A stretch of DNA of 64,000 nucleotides from an uncultured Legionellales bacterium (GTDB lineage Bacteria; Pseudomonadota; Gammaproteobacteria; Eutrophobiales; Eutrophobiaceae), in contig CAJWRJ010000002.1 in assembly GCA_913046215.1 (NCBI GenBank), positions 5,950 to 69,949 on the forward strand, read 5' to 3'. This document shows, piece by piece, positions 1-11,821 of this stretch. The notes below the pieces were generated by a model. The model was not told the origin of the DNA. It saw only the letters and a program-made list of their open reading frames with translations, and made no database searches. The first letter of the stretch is position 1; each line of letters starts with the position of its first letter. The translations under genes and the position numbers were made by a program.

Positions 1-1881
1 TTAGGTGCAACCGGCCGTGGCGAAAATATGGAGATTGGAACATATATAGAGAAGAGTGTGACGTCAGAGCTGTCTGGCAATGTTATCGATCTTTGTCCGG
101 TTGGAGCTCTCACATCAAAACCATTTCGTTATTCAGCAAGAACATGGGAGCTTGTTCAACGCAATACAGTCGCCCCACATGATTCGGTTGGATCAAATAT
201 TCATCTTCATGTTAAAGGAGATACTGTAAAGCGCGTTGTGCCCGCTGAAAACGAGGCAATTAATGAAACATGGATTTCTGATCGAGATAGATTTAGTTAT
301 GAGGCAATCAATTGTGATGATAGATTACATTACCCTATGGTTAAAGTGGACGGTGTTTGGCAGCAGGTTGAGTGGCAAGAAGCATTAGACTTTATTCAAA
401 AGGAGTTAGGCGCAATAATTGATGATGATCCATCTCAATTAGGTGCGCTTGTCTCACCGAGTTTAACATTAGAGGAATTATATTTATCCCAAAAACTACT
501 TCGAGGATTAGGTTCAAATAATATTGATTGCAGATTAAAACAAATCGATTTTTCTGAACAAGTCTCTACACCTCTTTTTCCATGGTTAGGACAATCAATA
601 GTAGATTTTGAAGAAAATCAAGCGGTGTTCCTAATAGGTAGTAATGTCCGTAAGGACCAACCTATAATTAATCATCGTCTTCGAAAAGCTGTAGTTAATG
701 GTGCTTCAGTGATGGTATTGAATCCAGTCGATTATGATTTTAATTTTTCATTGCACTGTAAATCTATAGTTGCACCGAATGATATGGTAAGCGAACTTGC
801 TTCAGTCTTGAGAGCAGCTGTTAAATTAAGTAATAAAAATATTGATTCATCAATTAAGAAACTAATAACCGGAGTTTCGATTGGTGAAACACATAAGGAA
901 ATTGCACAGCAACTATTCAATTCTGAAAATACAATTATCCTATTGGGTAACCTATCAACAACACATCCTCAATTTACCCTGTTAAGAACGCTAGCGGGCG
1001 TAATTAGTAAGTTGACGAGATCAAAGTTGGGTTATTTATCTGAATCAGTTAATACCTCAGGTGGTTGGTTAGCCGGCGCGTTACCACACAGACTAGCCGG
1101 CGGTGCTGACTGTTCTAAAATTGGTTTAAATAGTTCAGAAATAATAGCGAAGAAACTCAAAGCTTATTTATTAGTTAGTGTTGAACCTGAGCTAGATTGT
1201 TGGGATACGAATGCAGCACATCAAGCAATGAAAAACGCTGATTTAGTAATTATGTTTAGTGCATTTCAAAGTAAATCAGTTAAAGATTATGCGAATGTTT
1301 TATTACCAATCGCGACTTATGCTGAAAATTCAGGCGCCTATATTAATAATGAGGGTGTTACTCAACGTTTTAGCAATGCAGTTCCACCACAATGTGAGGC
1401 ATTACCTGCATGGAAAGCGCTAAAGAATACTGCAAATTGTTTGGGTGTTGACGGCTTTAATTATGAGAGCTCTGATGTAATCTATGATGAAGTGATTAAT
1501 ATTATAGATGAAATCAAACGTGATAATTATCAAGATTGGTCAACAAATGTTACTAGCCTACCTAAAGTTAGAGGCTTACAGCGAATTACAGAAACACCAA
1601 TGAATATGATTGATCCACTAACAAGGCGAGCGACATCATTACAAAATACACGCGATGTTTCAGATGGTTCAATTCACATTAATACAAGTCTCGCAAATAA
1701 GAATAAATTGTCAGAAGTTGATATGGCATTAGTTTATCAAGCTGAAAAAGAAGTCCAGATGACTGTTGAGATCGATGATAGGGTGCCAGATAATTGTGTT
1801 TTAATTCAATCATCACATCCAAGCCAGATCGAGTTAGGTGGCGCTTTTGGTTCGATTAAAATAAAAAGGTCTAAGGCGTGA
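1..1881 (+). CDS. nuoG: NADH-quinone oxidoreductase subunit G, C-terminal ~2/3 (5' end cut by window edge; the reading frame is open from base 1, so the ATG at 28 is internal)
   Basis: Translation reads [20 protein letters not shown], then a molybdopterin-oxidoreductase-like domain. It lies directly upstream of nuoH with a 4-bp stop/start overlap, in the conserved nuoG-H-I-J-K-L-M-N order. Confidence 0.85.
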   Translation, partial: LGATGRGENMEIGTYIEKSVTSELSGNVIDLCPVGALTSKPFRYSARTWELVQRNTVAPHDSVGSNIHLHVKGDTVKRVVPAENEAINETWISDRDRFSYEAINCDDRLHYPMVKVDGVWQQVEWQEALDFIQKELGAIIDDDPSQLGALVSPSLTLEELYLSQKLLRGLGSNNIDCRLKQIDFSEQVSTPLFPWLGQSIVDFEENQAVFLIGSNVRKDQPIINHRLRKAVVNGASVMVLNPVDYDFNFSLHCKSIVAPNDMVSELASVLRAAVKLSNKNIDSSIKKLITGVSIGETHKEIAQQLFNSENTIILLGNLSTTHPQFTLLRTLAGVISKLTRSKLGYLSESVNTSGGWLAGALPHRLAGGADCSKIGLNSSEIIAKKLKAYLLVSVEPELDCWDTNAAHQAMKNADLVIMFSAFQSKSVKDYANVLLPIATYAENSGAYINNEGVTQRFSNAVPPQCEALPAWKALKNTANCLGVDGFNYESSDVIYDEVINIIDEIKRDNYQDWSTNVTSLPKVRGLQRITETPMNMIDPLTRRATSLQNTRDVSDGSIHINTSLANKNKLSEVDMALVYQAEKEVQMTVEIDDRVPDNCVLIQSSHPSQIELGGAFGSIKIKRSKA

Positions 1882-2993
1882 TTGAAACCATATACAATAT
1901 AATTAGCCAATACATATTGTTGCCATTAACAATTGCTGTCTTTCCTGTTGATTATCAAACTGAGGCGATGTTATTTTTTCAGACAACAATAAAAATATTA
2001 GCAATCGTTGTTCCTGTTATGATTGCCGTTGCTTACTTTACATATGCTGAACGAAAAGTAATTGGTTTTATTCAAGGTAGAATAGGCCCAAATCGAGTTG
2101 GTTTATTTGGTTTTCGTTTATGGGGATTAGGGCAACCCATAGCGGATGCGGTTAAATTGATCGCAAAAGAGATTATAATTCCATTAAATGCAAATCGTTC
2201 ACTATTTATTATAGCACCGATACTTTCACTTGCTCCGGCACTAGCTGCATGGGCGGTTATTCCTTTCGATGACACAAAAGTTTTGGCTAATATAAACGCA
2301 GGTTTATTATATGTTTTAGCGCTAACATCTTTAGCAGTGTATGGTGTAATTATCGCAGGATGGGCATCAAATTCTAAATATGCTTTTTTAGGTGCGATAC
2401 GTTCAGCAGCACAAATAGTTGCTTATGAGATTGCAATGGGTTTTGCATTAGTTGGGGTGTTGATTGCTGCAGGTAGTTTGAATTTAGGAGAGATCGTAAA
2501 TGCACAATCAGGAAGTGTAATTCATTGGTTTTGGTTGCCACTCTTACCTTTATTTGTTATTTATTTTATATCAGGTGTCGCCGAAACTAATCGTGCACCA
2601 TTTGATGTTGCTGAAGGTGAGTCTGAGCTTGTTGCTGGGTTTCATGTAGAGTATAGCGGCATGGCTTTTTCAGTATTTTTTATGGCTGAATATGCAAATA
2701 TGATTTTGATTGCTGTGTTATCAGCGTTATTGTTTTTTGGTGGTTGGTTGTCGCCATTTCAAGGTATTATTTTTCTTGAGGATATTTTTAGTTGGGTACC
2801 AGGTATGTTTTGGTTGCTAGCAAAAACTTCTATTTTTATGTTCTTATTTTTATGGTTTCGTGCGACATTTCCACGTTACCGTTACGATCAAATAATGCGT
2901 CTTGGTTGGAAAGTGTTTATTCCAATAACAATTGTTTGGTTAGTAGTTATTTCTAGTTTAGTAGTTATAGATCTTCCACCTTGGTTTAGTTGA
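1878..2993 (+). CDS. nuoH: NADH-quinone oxidoreductase subunit H
   Basis: GTG start overlaps the nuoG stop (GTGA). Polytopic membrane protein with the NuoH/ND1 signature GxIQxRxGPNRVG (here [13 protein letters not shown]) and a conserved C-terminal PRYRYDQ. Confidence 0.9.
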   Translation: MIETIYNIISQYILLPLTIAVFPVDYQTEAMLFFQTTIKILAIVVPVMIAVAYFTYAERKVIGFIQGRIGPNRVGLFGFRLWGLGQPIADAVKLIAKEIIIPLNANRSLFIIAPILSLAPALAAWAVIPFDDTKVLANINAGLLYVLALTSLAVYGVIIAGWASNSKYAFLGAIRSAAQIVAYEIAMGFALVGVLIAAGSLNLGEIVNAQSGSVIHWFWLPLLPLFVIYFISGVAETNRAPFDVAEGESELVAGFHVEYSGMAFSVFFMAEYANMILIAVLSALLFFGGWLSPFQGIIFLEDIFSWVPGMFWLLAKTSIFMFLFLWFRATFPRYRYDQIMRLGWKVFIPITIVWLVVISSLVVIDLPPWFS

Positions 2994-3502
2994 GATTTAA
3001 AATGAAAAAAATTATTAATAGAGTTAAATATTACCTAAATAGTCTTTTTTTATTAGAGCTAATGAAAGGATTATATCTTACTGGTAAATATATGTTTAAA
3101 CGCAAATTGACTGTTCAGTATCCAGAAGAGAAAACACCACAGTCAAATAGATTTCGCGGTTTACATGCATTAAGGAGATATCCTAATGGCGAGGAACGCT
3201 GCATTGCTTGTAAATTATGTGAGGCTGTTTGTCCAGCAAATGCAATAACTATTGAATCAGAGCAACGTGAGGATGGAAGCCGTAGAACAACACGTTATGA
3301 TATCGATTTAACGAAATGTATTTTTTGTGGATTTTGTGAAGAGTCATGTCCAGTTGACTCCATCGTTGAAACCAGAATATTTGAATATCATGGTGAAGAG
3401 AGAGGCGATTTATTGATGACTAAATCAAAACTTTTAGAAATAGGTGATAAGTACGAGAAGGAAATCGCAGCTGATCGTCAGGAAGACGCTAAATTTCGTT
3501 AA
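2990..3502 (+). CDS. nuoI: NADH-quinone oxidoreductase subunit I (2x[4Fe-4S] ferredoxin)
   Basis: Two CxxCxxCxxxCP motifs ([12 protein letters not shown] and [12 protein letters not shown]). Position between nuoH and nuoJ. Confidence 0.9.
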   Translation: MRFKMKKIINRVKYYLNSLFLLELMKGLYLTGKYMFKRKLTVQYPEEKTPQSNRFRGLHALRRYPNGEERCIACKLCEAVCPANAITIESEQREDGSRRTTRYDIDLTKCIFCGFCEESCPVDSIVETRIFEYHGEERGDLLMTKSKLLEIGDKYEKEIAADRQEDAKFR

Positions 3503-3504
3503 TT

Positions 3505-4104
3505 ATGACCCAAATAATATTCTATTTTTTTAGCGCGATATTACTTTTTTCGGCAACTATGGTTGTAGCAATAAAAAATCCGATTCATGCAGCATTATTT
3601 CTTGTACTCTCTTTTTTTTCTACCGCAGCTATTTGGCTGCTTCTTAATGCAGAATTTTTAGCTATTGCACTTGTACTAGTTTACGTAGGAGCAGTGATGG
3701 TACTTTTCTTATTCGTTATTATGATGCTAGATATTAACGTTGCAACATTGAGACAGGGATTTGCACGTTATTTTCCACTAGGGATTATAATCGCATTCTT
3801 TATGGTAGTTGCAATGGGTTTGATTGTCAGCTCAGATTATTTTCTTTCAGATATATATTCTCAGGGAAGTATCTCAACAATACAAAGTAATACTAAACTA
3901 CTTGGATTAGCAATATATCAAGATTATTTATATCACTTCGAAATTGCTGGCGCAATTCTACTTGTTGCTATTATAGCTGCAATTTCATTATGTCTAAATA
4001 AATCAAAGATTACTAAATCAACACAACCTGATGTTCAGGTGCTGGCCAAAAAGGATGATAGATTGCGTGTTGTAAAAATGAAGTCAGAAGAGAAGGAAGA
4101 CTAA
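3505..4104 (+). CDS. nuoJ: NADH-quinone oxidoreductase subunit J
   Basis: 199-aa hydrophobic protein with NuoJ/ND6-like TM pattern. Operon position. Confidence 0.8.
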   Translation: MTQIIFYFFSAILLFSATMVVAIKNPIHAALFLVLSFFSTAAIWLLLNAEFLAIALVLVYVGAVMVLFLFVIMMLDINVATLRQGFARYFPLGIIIAFFMVVAMGLIVSSDYFLSDIYSQGSISTIQSNTKLLGLAIYQDYLYHFEIAGAILLVAIIAAISLCLNKSKITKSTQPDVQVLAKKDDRLRVVKMKSEEKED

Positions 4105-4105
4105 A

Positions 4106-4411
4106 ATGATTACTTTACCCGAAGTATTATCACTTGGAACACTTCTTTTTTGTATTAGTGTTGCTGGTATTTTTCTAAACAGAAAAAATATAATCATACT
4201 GTTGATGTGTATTGAATTAATGTTGTTATCAGTTAATATTAATTTTATCGCATTTTCTTATTTTCTTGGCGATATTCACGGCCAAGTTTTTGTTTTTTTT
4301 ATTTTAACTGTAGCCGCGGCAGAGTCTGCAATTGGACTTGCTATTTTAGTCGTAATGTTTCGTAGCCGAGACACTATAAATGTTTCCGAACTTGATAGTA
4401 TGAAGGGGTAG
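4106..4411 (+). CDS. nuoK: NADH-quinone oxidoreductase subunit K
   Basis: 101-aa 3-TM protein (NuoK/ND4L-like) with a conserved Glu in TM2. Operon position. Confidence 0.85.
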   Translation: MITLPEVLSLGTLLFCISVAGIFLNRKNIIILLMCIELMLLSVNINFIAFSYFLGDIHGQVFVFFILTVAAAESAIGLAILVVMFRSRDTINVSELDSMKG

Positions 4412-4414
4412 CAT

Positions 4415-6388
4415 ATGAGTGGTTATATGGAAACCTTCTACCTAATTATTGTTCTAGCACCGCTTTTTGCCTCATTAATCGCAGGGTTATTTGGAAACCT
4501 AGTTGGTAGACATGGCGCACACTGGGTAACAAATATTGGTGTTGGAATATCTACTGTGCTCTCATTATTGGTATATAAGCATCATATTATCGATGGTGCT
4601 GCAGATTATAATCAATCAATTTATGTTTGGCTGACAAGTGGCGGTATTGATTTTCAAATCGGTTTTTTGATTGACAAACTGTCAGCTACGATGATGGTCG
4701 TCGTAAGTTTTGTATCATGGATGATTCATATTTATACCATTGGTTATATGCAAAATGATCCAGGTTACCAGCGTTTTTTTAGTTATATTTCCTTGTTTAC
4801 GTTCGCAATGTTGATGTTAGTAATGTCAAATAATTTCTTACAATTGTTTTTTGGCTGGGAGGCAGTCGGATTAGTCTCATATTTACTTATTGGGTTTTGG
4901 TATAAAAAAGAGAGTGCTATTTTTGCAAATTTAAAGGCATTTTTAGTTAATAGGATAGGAGATTTTGGTTTTCTTTTAGGGATAGCTGCTGTACTCATGT
5001 ATTTCGATACTCTTGATTATGTAGAGGTTTTTAAAAACGTTGAGCAGCATGCTGATACAACGATAACAATTATTAATGGTGAGCCGTGGTCTTTAATGAC
5101 CGTTATTTGTATAAGTTTGTTTATCGGTGCAATGGGTAAATCAGCACAGGTTCCACTACATGTATGGTTGCCAGATTCAATGGAGGGTCCAACCCCAATA
5201 TCAGCACTAATCCATGCAGCAACAATGGTTACAGCAGGAATATTTATGGTATCAAGAATGTCACCATTATTTGAACTCTCTGCTACAGCATTAAATTTTA
5301 TTTTAATAATTGGCGCAATTACTGCTTTATCTATGGGGATTCTTGGACTTGTTCAAAATGATATTAAACGTGTTGTCGCCTATTCAACACTATCACAATT
5401 AGGTTATATGACTGTGGCTCTCGGCGCATCTGCATATGCGGCAGCAATGTTTCATCTTGTAACGCATGCTTTTTTTAAAGCACTTTTATTTTTAGCAGCG
5501 GGATCTGTCATTATTGTTATGCATCATGAGCAGGATATGAGAAAAATGGGAGGACTTTTTAAATATATGCCAATAACTTGTTTCACTTGTTTTATTGGTT
5601 CTCTGGCTTTAATTGGTTTTCCCGGGACATCTGGCTTCTTTTCAAAGGATATTATTATTGAGGCTGTTCACTATTCATCCTTACCAGCATCTAGTTTTGC
5701 CTATTATTCAGTTCTATTAGGTGTTTTTATTACTGCTCTATATAGTTTTCGCCTCTTTTTCATGACTTTTTTCGGAAAAGAAAACATGAGTCGGGAGAAA
5801 TGGGAAAAATTACACGAGGCGCCAGCCGTTGTTACTACGCCACTGTTAGTTCTAGCTATACCATCACTTATACTCGGTTTTTTCTTAATTGATCCAGTAT
5901 TAAGTGGTAATTATTTCGGTAGCGCAATATATGTCTCGTCAGAAAACAATGCTTTATCAATTATTGGAGCAGAATATAAAGGAATATTTTCTTTCATAAC
6001 CCATGCTTTTTTACATCCACCTGTCTATCTTTCTTTTGCAGGATTGTTCGTCGCTTGGTTATGTTACATTAAGTTTCCTAATCTTCCAGGAATGATAGTC
6101 GGACATATAGGTTTCATTTACCGACTGCTTGTTAATAAATATGGATTTGATGATTTTAATCAAGTTTTCTTTGCTGGCGGAGTAAGAAAAATTGGTCATT
6201 TATTATCTCATTATGGTGATGCTAAATTAATTGATGGTCTTTTAGTTAATGGCTCAGCTAAAAGTATTCGCATTTTTTCCAGTTTTATTCGCCATATGCA
6301 ATCAGGTTATCTCTATCACTATGCGTTCTCCATTATTATAGGGTTGCTTCTTCTGATTGCTATTTTTGTGCATGGAGTTTTCTATTAA
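4415..6388 (+). CDS. nuoL: NADH-quinone oxidoreductase subunit L
   Basis: 657-aa antiporter-like subunit with a long C-terminal extension (the lateral helix of NuoL). Motifs WLPDSMEGPTP and TMVTAG. Operon position. Confidence 0.9.
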   Translation: MSGYMETFYLIIVLAPLFASLIAGLFGNLVGRHGAHWVTNIGVGISTVLSLLVYKHHIIDGAADYNQSIYVWLTSGGIDFQIGFLIDKLSATMMVVVSFVSWMIHIYTIGYMQNDPGYQRFFSYISLFTFAMLMLVMSNNFLQLFFGWEAVGLVSYLLIGFWYKKESAIFANLKAFLVNRIGDFGFLLGIAAVLMYFDTLDYVEVFKNVEQHADTTITIINGEPWSLMTVICISLFIGAMGKSAQVPLHVWLPDSMEGPTPISALIHAATMVTAGIFMVSRMSPLFELSATALNFILIIGAITALSMGILGLVQNDIKRVVAYSTLSQLGYMTVALGASAYAAAMFHLVTHAFFKALLFLAAGSVIIVMHHEQDMRKMGGLFKYMPITCFTCFIGSLALIGFPGTSGFFSKDIIIEAVHYSSLPASSFAYYSVLLGVFITALYSFRLFFMTFFGKENMSREKWEKLHEAPAVVTTPLLVLAIPSLILGFFLIDPVLSGNYFGSAIYVSSENNALSIIGAEYKGIFSFITHAFLHPPVYLSFAGLFVAWLCYIKFPNLPGMIVGHIGFIYRLLVNKYGFDDFNQVFFAGGVRKIGHLLSHYGDAKLIDGLLVNGSAKSIRIFSSFIRHMQSGYLYHYAFSIIIGLLLLIAIFVHGVFY

Positions 6389-6393
6389 TTAAA

Positions 6394-7914
6394 ATGATTT
6401 TAGATAACATACCAATATTAAGCATATTAATATGGATGCCAATTTTAGGTGGTATTTGGTCACTTATTATTGGTGATCAGCAAGAGAAGGTAGTAAAACA
6501 TTTTTCTCTTCTAATAAGCTTAGCTACCTTTTTATTTTCAATTATTCTTTATTATCAATTCGATAATAATTTTTTAGGAATGCAATTTATTGAAGAGTTT
6601 TATTGGATTGAATCATTTTCTATAAAATATCATCTTGGTGTTGATGGTATTGCACTGCCATTAATAATGCTCACAAGTTTCACTACGGTCATTGTGGTAT
6701 TAGCAGCCTGGGAAGTTATAGATGAATATATATCTTTTTACATGTGCGCTTTTCTTATTTTGACTGGATTAATGAATGGTGTTTTTGCTGCATTAGATAG
6801 TATTTTATTTTATGTATTCTGGGAGGCCATGCTTATCCCCATGTTTTTGATTATTGGAATTTGGGGTGGACCAAATCGTGTTTATGCCACCATTAAATTT
6901 TTCCTTTATACTTTTTTGGGATCAGTATTTATGTTAGTAGCACTTCTTTATTTATATTCTATTAGTGGAAGTTTCAATATTGAAGATATGCAGCAAACAT
7001 CACTTGGATTAACAGCACAAAAACTCATATTTATTGCTTTTTTCTTAGCGTTTGCAGTCAAGATTCCGATGTGGCCTATTCATACATGGTTGCCAGATGC
7101 ACATGTTGAGGCACCAACTGGAGGATCTGTTGTACTAGCGGCAATAATGTTAAAAATGGGTGGTTACGGCTTTCTTCGATTTAGTCTTCCTATTGCTCCC
7201 GATGCAAGTTTTTTCTTTGCCACTCCAATGATTTTGTTATCTTTGATTGCGATTGTATATATTGGTTTTGTTGCTTTGGTTCAGGAGGATATGAAAAAAT
7301 TAATTGCATATTCATCAATTTCACATATGGGTTTTGTAACACTAGGTTTTTTTATTCCATTTGGTATTTTTGCGTCAACTAATTCATTATCTGGTGCAGT
7401 AATGGGTATAGAGGGCGCATTGATGCAAATGATATCTCACGGATTTATCTCTGCAGCAATGTTTTTATGTGTCGGTATGATGTATGACAGGCTGCATAGC
7501 CGTATGATTAAAGATTATGGTGGCGTTATAAACAGCATGCCTTATTTTGCTGCTTTTATGATGTTATTTGCTATGGCAAATTCAGGCTTACCAGGCACCT
7601 CAGGATTTGTTGGAGAATTCCTAGTAATACTAAGTAGTTTTAAATTAAATTTTTGGATTGCATTTACGGCAGGACTTACACTTATTTTGGGTGCTGCTTA
7701 TACATTATGGATGTATAAGCGAGTTATATTTGGTGAAGCTATTAAGGAAGAGGTTTCTGATTTAAAAGATATTGATGCAAGAGAGAGTTTAATCCTTTTT
7801 TTATTAGCAGTTGTTGTGTTGTTATTTGGTATTTGGCCTGCACCTCTATTTGATCTTATGCATGTATCAATTCAACAGCTTGTAGAGCAAATTACTCAAT
7901 CAAAGATATTATAA
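6394..7914 (+). CDS. nuoM: NADH-quinone oxidoreductase subunit M
   Basis: 506-aa antiporter-like subunit (WLPDAHVEAPTGGS). Operon position. Confidence 0.9.
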   Translation: MILDNIPILSILIWMPILGGIWSLIIGDQQEKVVKHFSLLISLATFLFSIILYYQFDNNFLGMQFIEEFYWIESFSIKYHLGVDGIALPLIMLTSFTTVIVVLAAWEVIDEYISFYMCAFLILTGLMNGVFAALDSILFYVFWEAMLIPMFLIIGIWGGPNRVYATIKFFLYTFLGSVFMLVALLYLYSISGSFNIEDMQQTSLGLTAQKLIFIAFFLAFAVKIPMWPIHTWLPDAHVEAPTGGSVVLAAIMLKMGGYGFLRFSLPIAPDASFFFATPMILLSLIAIVYIGFVALVQEDMKKLIAYSSISHMGFVTLGFFIPFGIFASTNSLSGAVMGIEGALMQMISHGFISAAMFLCVGMMYDRLHSRMIKDYGGVINSMPYFAAFMMLFAMANSGLPGTSGFVGEFLVILSSFKLNFWIAFTAGLTLILGAAYTLWMYKRVIFGEAIKEEVSDLKDIDARESLILFLLAVVVLLFGIWPAPLFDLMHVSIQQLVEQITQSKIL

Positions 7915-7924
7915 ATTATAGACT

Positions 7925-9349
7925 ATGAGAACAGATTTAATAATTTTGATGCCAGAAATTACTTTGCTTGTGATGACTTGTGTTGTGTTGCTCGTCGACG
8001 CATTCAGCGAAGACAAATTTCGTAAAATAACATATTGGATAACGCAATTGAGTTTATTGTTAACTATTTGCATGGTTTTTTATTATAGCCCCGATTATTC
8101 ATATCTTGCGTTTAATGGAGCGTTTATTACAGACACAATGAGCGTGATACTTAAGATCGTTATCTGCGGTATAAGTATTATTGTTTTCTTTTACTCATAT
8201 GAATATCTAAAAGAGAGTGAATTATTAAAGGGTGAGTACTTTGTGCTCGGTTTATTTGCTGTTCTTGGCATGATGATTATGTCTTCAGCATACCACTTAC
8301 TCTCTGTTTATCTTGGTATCGAGCTACTTTCACTTTCACTTTATGCGATGGTTGCAATGCATCGTAAATCAAAATATTCAACTGAGGCTGCAATTAAATA
8401 TTTTGTTTTGGGAGCATTAGCATCTGGTATGTTGTTGTATGGTATATCTATGATTTATGGTGTAACTGGTTCATTGCAATTAACAAATATCGCTGATGCA
8501 ATAAATAATTCAGCTATTGAAAAAATATATCTAGTTTATGGAATGATATTTATTATTGTTGGGATTGCTTTCAAGTTAGGTGCGGCTCCTTTTCATATGT
8601 GGCTTCCTGATGTTTATCAAGGCGCGCCTACTTCAGTTACACTGTTTATCAGTAGTGCTCCTAAAATTGCAGCTTTTGCAATTACTGTTCGTGTGCTTGT
8701 CGATGGACTTTTTCCACTTATTGATGATTGGCAATCTATCTTAAGTTTGTTGGCGATACTATCAATGGCTATTGGTAACATTATTGCAATTGCACAAGAA
8801 AATATAAAACGTATGTTAGCTTACTCTACCATAGCCCATGTTGGTTATTTATTTCTTGGTTTAATCGCAGGCACTCCATCTGGATTTGCAGGTTCTATGT
8901 TTTATGTTATTAGTTATTCATTGATGACAATAGGTGCTTTTGGAATGATAATTTTATTAGGTCGTTTTGATTTAGAAGCAGAGAAAATTGAAGATTTTAA
9001 GGGCTTAATAGTAAGAAACAGTTGGTTCGCCCTTATTATGCTATTCTTAATGTTTTCAATGGCTGGTGTCCCTCCATTTCTTGGCTTCTGGTCAAAATGG
9101 TTTGTAATAAAAGAGCTAGTTGATTCAGGATTTTTTGTATTAGCTGTAGCAGCAGTGTTTTTCTCAATTATAGGCGCTTATTACTATCTCAGGATTGTTA
9201 AGATTATGTGTTTTGATAAACCTGATACCATGCGTGCGATTAAGGCGTCACAACAAATGCGAACAGTTTTAACAATTAATGGTCTTTTAATATTGATTAT
9301 TGGTCTATCACCTAATACATTAATGAATCTTTGTTTATCTGCATTTTAA
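7925..9349 (+). CDS. nuoN: NADH-quinone oxidoreductase subunit N
   Basis: 474-aa antiporter-like subunit (WLPDVYQGAPTS). It is the last gene of the operon, and its stop is 1 bp from the convergent psd stop. Confidence 0.9.
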   Translation: MRTDLIILMPEITLLVMTCVVLLVDAFSEDKFRKITYWITQLSLLLTICMVFYYSPDYSYLAFNGAFITDTMSVILKIVICGISIIVFFYSYEYLKESELLKGEYFVLGLFAVLGMMIMSSAYHLLSVYLGIELLSLSLYAMVAMHRKSKYSTEAAIKYFVLGALASGMLLYGISMIYGVTGSLQLTNIADAINNSAIEKIYLVYGMIFIIVGIAFKLGAAPFHMWLPDVYQGAPTSVTLFISSAPKIAAFAITVRVLVDGLFPLIDDWQSILSLLAILSMAIGNIIAIAQENIKRMLAYSTIAHVGYLFLGLIAGTPSGFAGSMFYVISYSLMTIGAFGMIILLGRFDLEAEKIEDFKGLIVRNSWFALIMLFLMFSMAGVPPFLGFWSKWFVIKELVDSGFFVLAVAAVFFSIIGAYYYLRIVKIMCFDKPDTMRAIKASQQMRTVLTINGLLILIIGLSPNTLMNLCLSAF

Positions 9350-9350
9350 A

Positions 9351-10208
9351 CTAACCGTTCTCTTTATTTCCCAATATTTGTCCTACATTTATTAAAGTAT
9401 CATTTTTTATATCTCTTCCCCATAATACTTTGTCTTTTTGAAATAATAGTATAACAGTTGATCCCATATTAAAGTGACCAAATTCTTCACCTTGATTTAA
9501 TTTGATTGACTCTCTTAGATATTCATTCATTAATATTTTATCTTTATTAGTTGATTTAATTTCACCTGCCCAAACTGTTTCCATGCTACCAACAAATATT
9601 GCTCCAATCATAATTTGAGCCATTAGACCTAATTTTGTCTCAAAAATTGATATAAGACGCTCATTGCGTGAAAATAATCTTTTAACATTTTCAACACTTG
9701 ATTTATTTACAGGATATAAATTACCAGGCACATATATTGATTTAATGAGGCGACCTGTAATTGGCATATGAATGCGATGATAATCACGTGGAGATAGGTA
9801 AAGAGTCACAAAAGACCCATTTTTAAATTCATAAGCTAGATCTTTTTCAGCACCAAGAAGTCCATCTAGGCTATATTTATAATTTTTAGCTTGTATTAAA
9901 TCATTATTATCAATATCACCTATTTGACTAATTTGGCCATCCACAGGAGAAAGTATGAATCTACTATCTAGAGTCCACTTTCGTACATTTTTTTTTAAAT
10001 TTCTTGTGAAGAAATCATTAAAAGATTCATAATCCTGAATATTTTCATATTCAGCCTCATCCATATCAACATTATAGATTTTTATAAAAATATTAATTAT
10101 AAAGTTTTTAAAAAGTTTTAATTTAATACGAGATAGATGATAAATAAGTTTTGATAATCCATGCTTCGGTAGGAAACGAAGAAATGTAAATTTTATATAA
10201 TTCAGCAT
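9351..10208 (-). CDS. psd: phosphatidylserine decarboxylase proenzyme
   Basis: 285 aa. The conserved PSD self-cleavage site G-S-T is present (FNMGSTVILLF), as is a PRDYHRIHMP-type motif. Confidence 0.85.
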   Translation of the reverse strand: MLNYIKFTFLRFLPKHGLSKLIYHLSRIKLKLFKNFIINIFIKIYNVDMDEAEYENIQDYESFNDFFTRNLKKNVRKWTLDSRFILSPVDGQISQIGDIDNNDLIQAKNYKYSLDGLLGAEKDLAYEFKNGSFVTLYLSPRDYHRIHMPITGRLIKSIYVPGNLYPVNKSSVENVKRLFSRNERLISIFETKLGLMAQIMIGAIFVGSMETVWAGEIKSTNKDKILMNEYLRESIKLNQGEEFGHFNMGSTVILLFQKDKVLWGRDIKNDTLINVGQILGNKENG

Positions 10209-10231
10209 ATAACTAAATAGTAAATATAATT

Positions 10232-10696
10232 TTAATGATGGTGAGACTTGTTATTAATATCTCTTTTTTTGATTTTAGCTTCTAAGTAAATTTTACTTCC
10301 ATCCGAAAAGGTAAATAATAATTCAGGAGCACTACCAATTATCATAGGTTTTTTAGGATTGAAAAGCATTAAATGATAATCACCTGGTAAAAATTCTACT
10401 GATGATTTTGGTGGAATTTCTAATGTAGAAAACCTTTCCATGCTGGCAATATCATCTTTAATAATCGTTTTATGAATTTCTATAGAGGAAAATAATAAGC
10501 TTGAAATATTATTTAGCGATATAGGTAATGTCGAATTATTTTTAAATGTAGCATATGCAACCAAGACAGATGCATTTTTGGGTGCTTCACTTATCCATAA
10601 ATTAGTAATTTCAATTTTAGAGTGATCCTCAGCAGAAATATTATTGATATATGAAAAAAAGAATAGAATAAATAGTATGAAGCTAACTTTTTTCAT
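10232..10696 (-). CDS. periplasmic copper chaperone PCu(A)C (DUF461 family)
   Basis: Signal peptide, then an exact H-x10-M-x21-H-x-M copper-binding motif (H KTIIKDDIAS M ...21... HLM) and a C-terminal His-rich tail. Co-transcribed with SCO1 (14-bp overlap). Confidence 0.8.
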   Translation of the reverse strand: MKKVSFILFILFFFSYINNISAEDHSKIEITNLWISEAPKNASVLVAYATFKNNSTLPISLNNISSLLFSSIEIHKTIIKDDIASMERFSTLEIPPKSSVEFLPGDYHLMLFNPKKPMIIGSAPELLFTFSDGSKIYLEAKIKKRDINNKSHHH

Positions 10697-11330
10697 CTAT
10701 AAACCTTTTTATTTTTTTAAATTTTTTTATTATCTCTTCAGAATTATGAGGTGGTGAAAGTTTTGATACGAGACGCATTTTTGGATCTATAACAAAAATT
10801 GATGCAGAGTGATCGACAAGATAATTTCCTTTTTTATCATCATGATAAAATGCAACTCCAATTTGTTTTGTCAGACTATTTTTGATTTGAGGGCTGCCAT
10901 TTAGACCAATAAATTGACTGTCAAAAAATGAAACGTAAGAATTAAGTTTTTCAGTATCATCACGTTCTGGATCGACTGTAACAAATATAACTTGTACGTT
11001 TTTATATTCATTTTTAATTCTTTTGTAAGTGTCTGCCATTACCGACATTGTAATAGGGCATATATCAGGACAGTTTGTGTAACCAAAGAATATAAAAGAC
11101 CATTTTTCCTCTATTTGTTTTAATCCAAATAATTCACCATTATTATCTGTAGTGTTGAATTCTAATAATTGTTTCGGATTTGGCCAAAATAATCCCTCAG
11201 CTATATTATTTTGCTCAAGTTTTGTCTGTGATTGTTTCAATGAGATATAGAAGCCAGCGGAAGTTGCCAAAATAGCAAGAACTACCATTGATGGTATCAT
11301 GAAATTACTATGACTAAGTTTCTTAAGCAT
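10683..11330 (-). CDS. SCO1/SenC family thiol-disulfide copper chaperone
   Basis: N-terminal TM anchor and a thioredoxin-like domain with the CxxxCP motif (FFGYTNCPDICPITM). Confidence 0.85.
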   Translation of the reverse strand: MLKKLSHSNFMIPSMVVLAILATSAGFYISLKQSQTKLEQNNIAEGLFWPNPKQLLEFNTTDNNGELFGLKQIEEKWSFIFFGYTNCPDICPITMSVMADTYKRIKNEYKNVQVIFVTVDPERDDTEKLNSYVSFFDSQFIGLNGSPQIKNSLTKQIGVAFYHDDKKGNYLVDHSASIFVIDPKMRLVSKLSPPHNSEEIIKKFKKIKRFIDEKS

Positions 11331-11473
11331 TTTTTTATTATACTGGAGAATCCAACTATTGCCGACGAACCTATTTTTTTTCTATATAATAGCCATTTTT
11401 GACTAATTTTTGGTTATTCTAAAGCTATTAAATCAATAATGATAATTTTTACGAGGTTATTATAAATTAAAAA

Positions 11474-11821
11474 ATGTCTTTTTTAAGCTCGTTCAATTAT
11501 TGGGCGGTTATTATACTAATGATGATTGGATTTTACATCATAATTGCAAATAATAATCTCTTAAAAAAAATAATTGGTATCAATATTTTTCAGACATCAA
11601 TTTTTATAATGTTTATTTCTATGGGCAAGGTAGTAGATGGAACAGCCCCAATATTAAATGAAATAAATACATTATATTCGAGTCCACTTCCCCATGTGTT
11701 GATACTAACCGCTATTGTGGTCGGTATATCTACTACAGCTCTTGGTCTTGCTATAATTATTAGAATTCATTCAGCTTTTGGCACTATTGATGACGACGTA
11801 TTAAAGAAGGAAATGGAGTGA
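11474..11821 (+). CDS. mrpC: Mrp/Mnh-type cation:proton antiporter subunit C-like (NuoK-like) membrane protein
   Basis: 115-aa 3-TM protein collinear with Bacillus MrpC (PLPHVLILTAIVVGISTTALGLAIIIR vs PLPQALILTAIVISFGVTSFLLVLAYR). Its stop overlaps the next gene's GTG start (GTGA). Confidence 0.75.
   Translation: MSFLSSFNYWAVIILMMIGFYIIIANNNLLKKIIGINIFQTSIFIMFISMGKVVDGTAPILNEINTLYSSPLPHVLILTAIVVGISTTALGLAIIIRIHSAFGTIDDDVLKKEME

Noticed and set aside
732-920. Short antisense or out-of-frame ORFs listed in the six-frame track inside well-supported genes (e.g. 732-920, 2072-2275, 4783-4998, 18560-18802, 19775-20086, 22599-22781, 25090-25410, 31735-32178, 51879-52211, 53598-53783)
   Set aside because: Each lies wholly inside a long, motif-supported CDS on the other strand or frame, and has low-complexity or AT-codon-biased composition. 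They are typical spurious ORFs of an AT-rich genome.
28-1881. ATG at position 28 as the nuoG start
   Set aside because: The frame is open from base 1 ([10 protein letters not shown]...). NuoG is normally more than 750 aa, and the N-terminal Fe-S domains are missing, so the gene is cut by the window edge.
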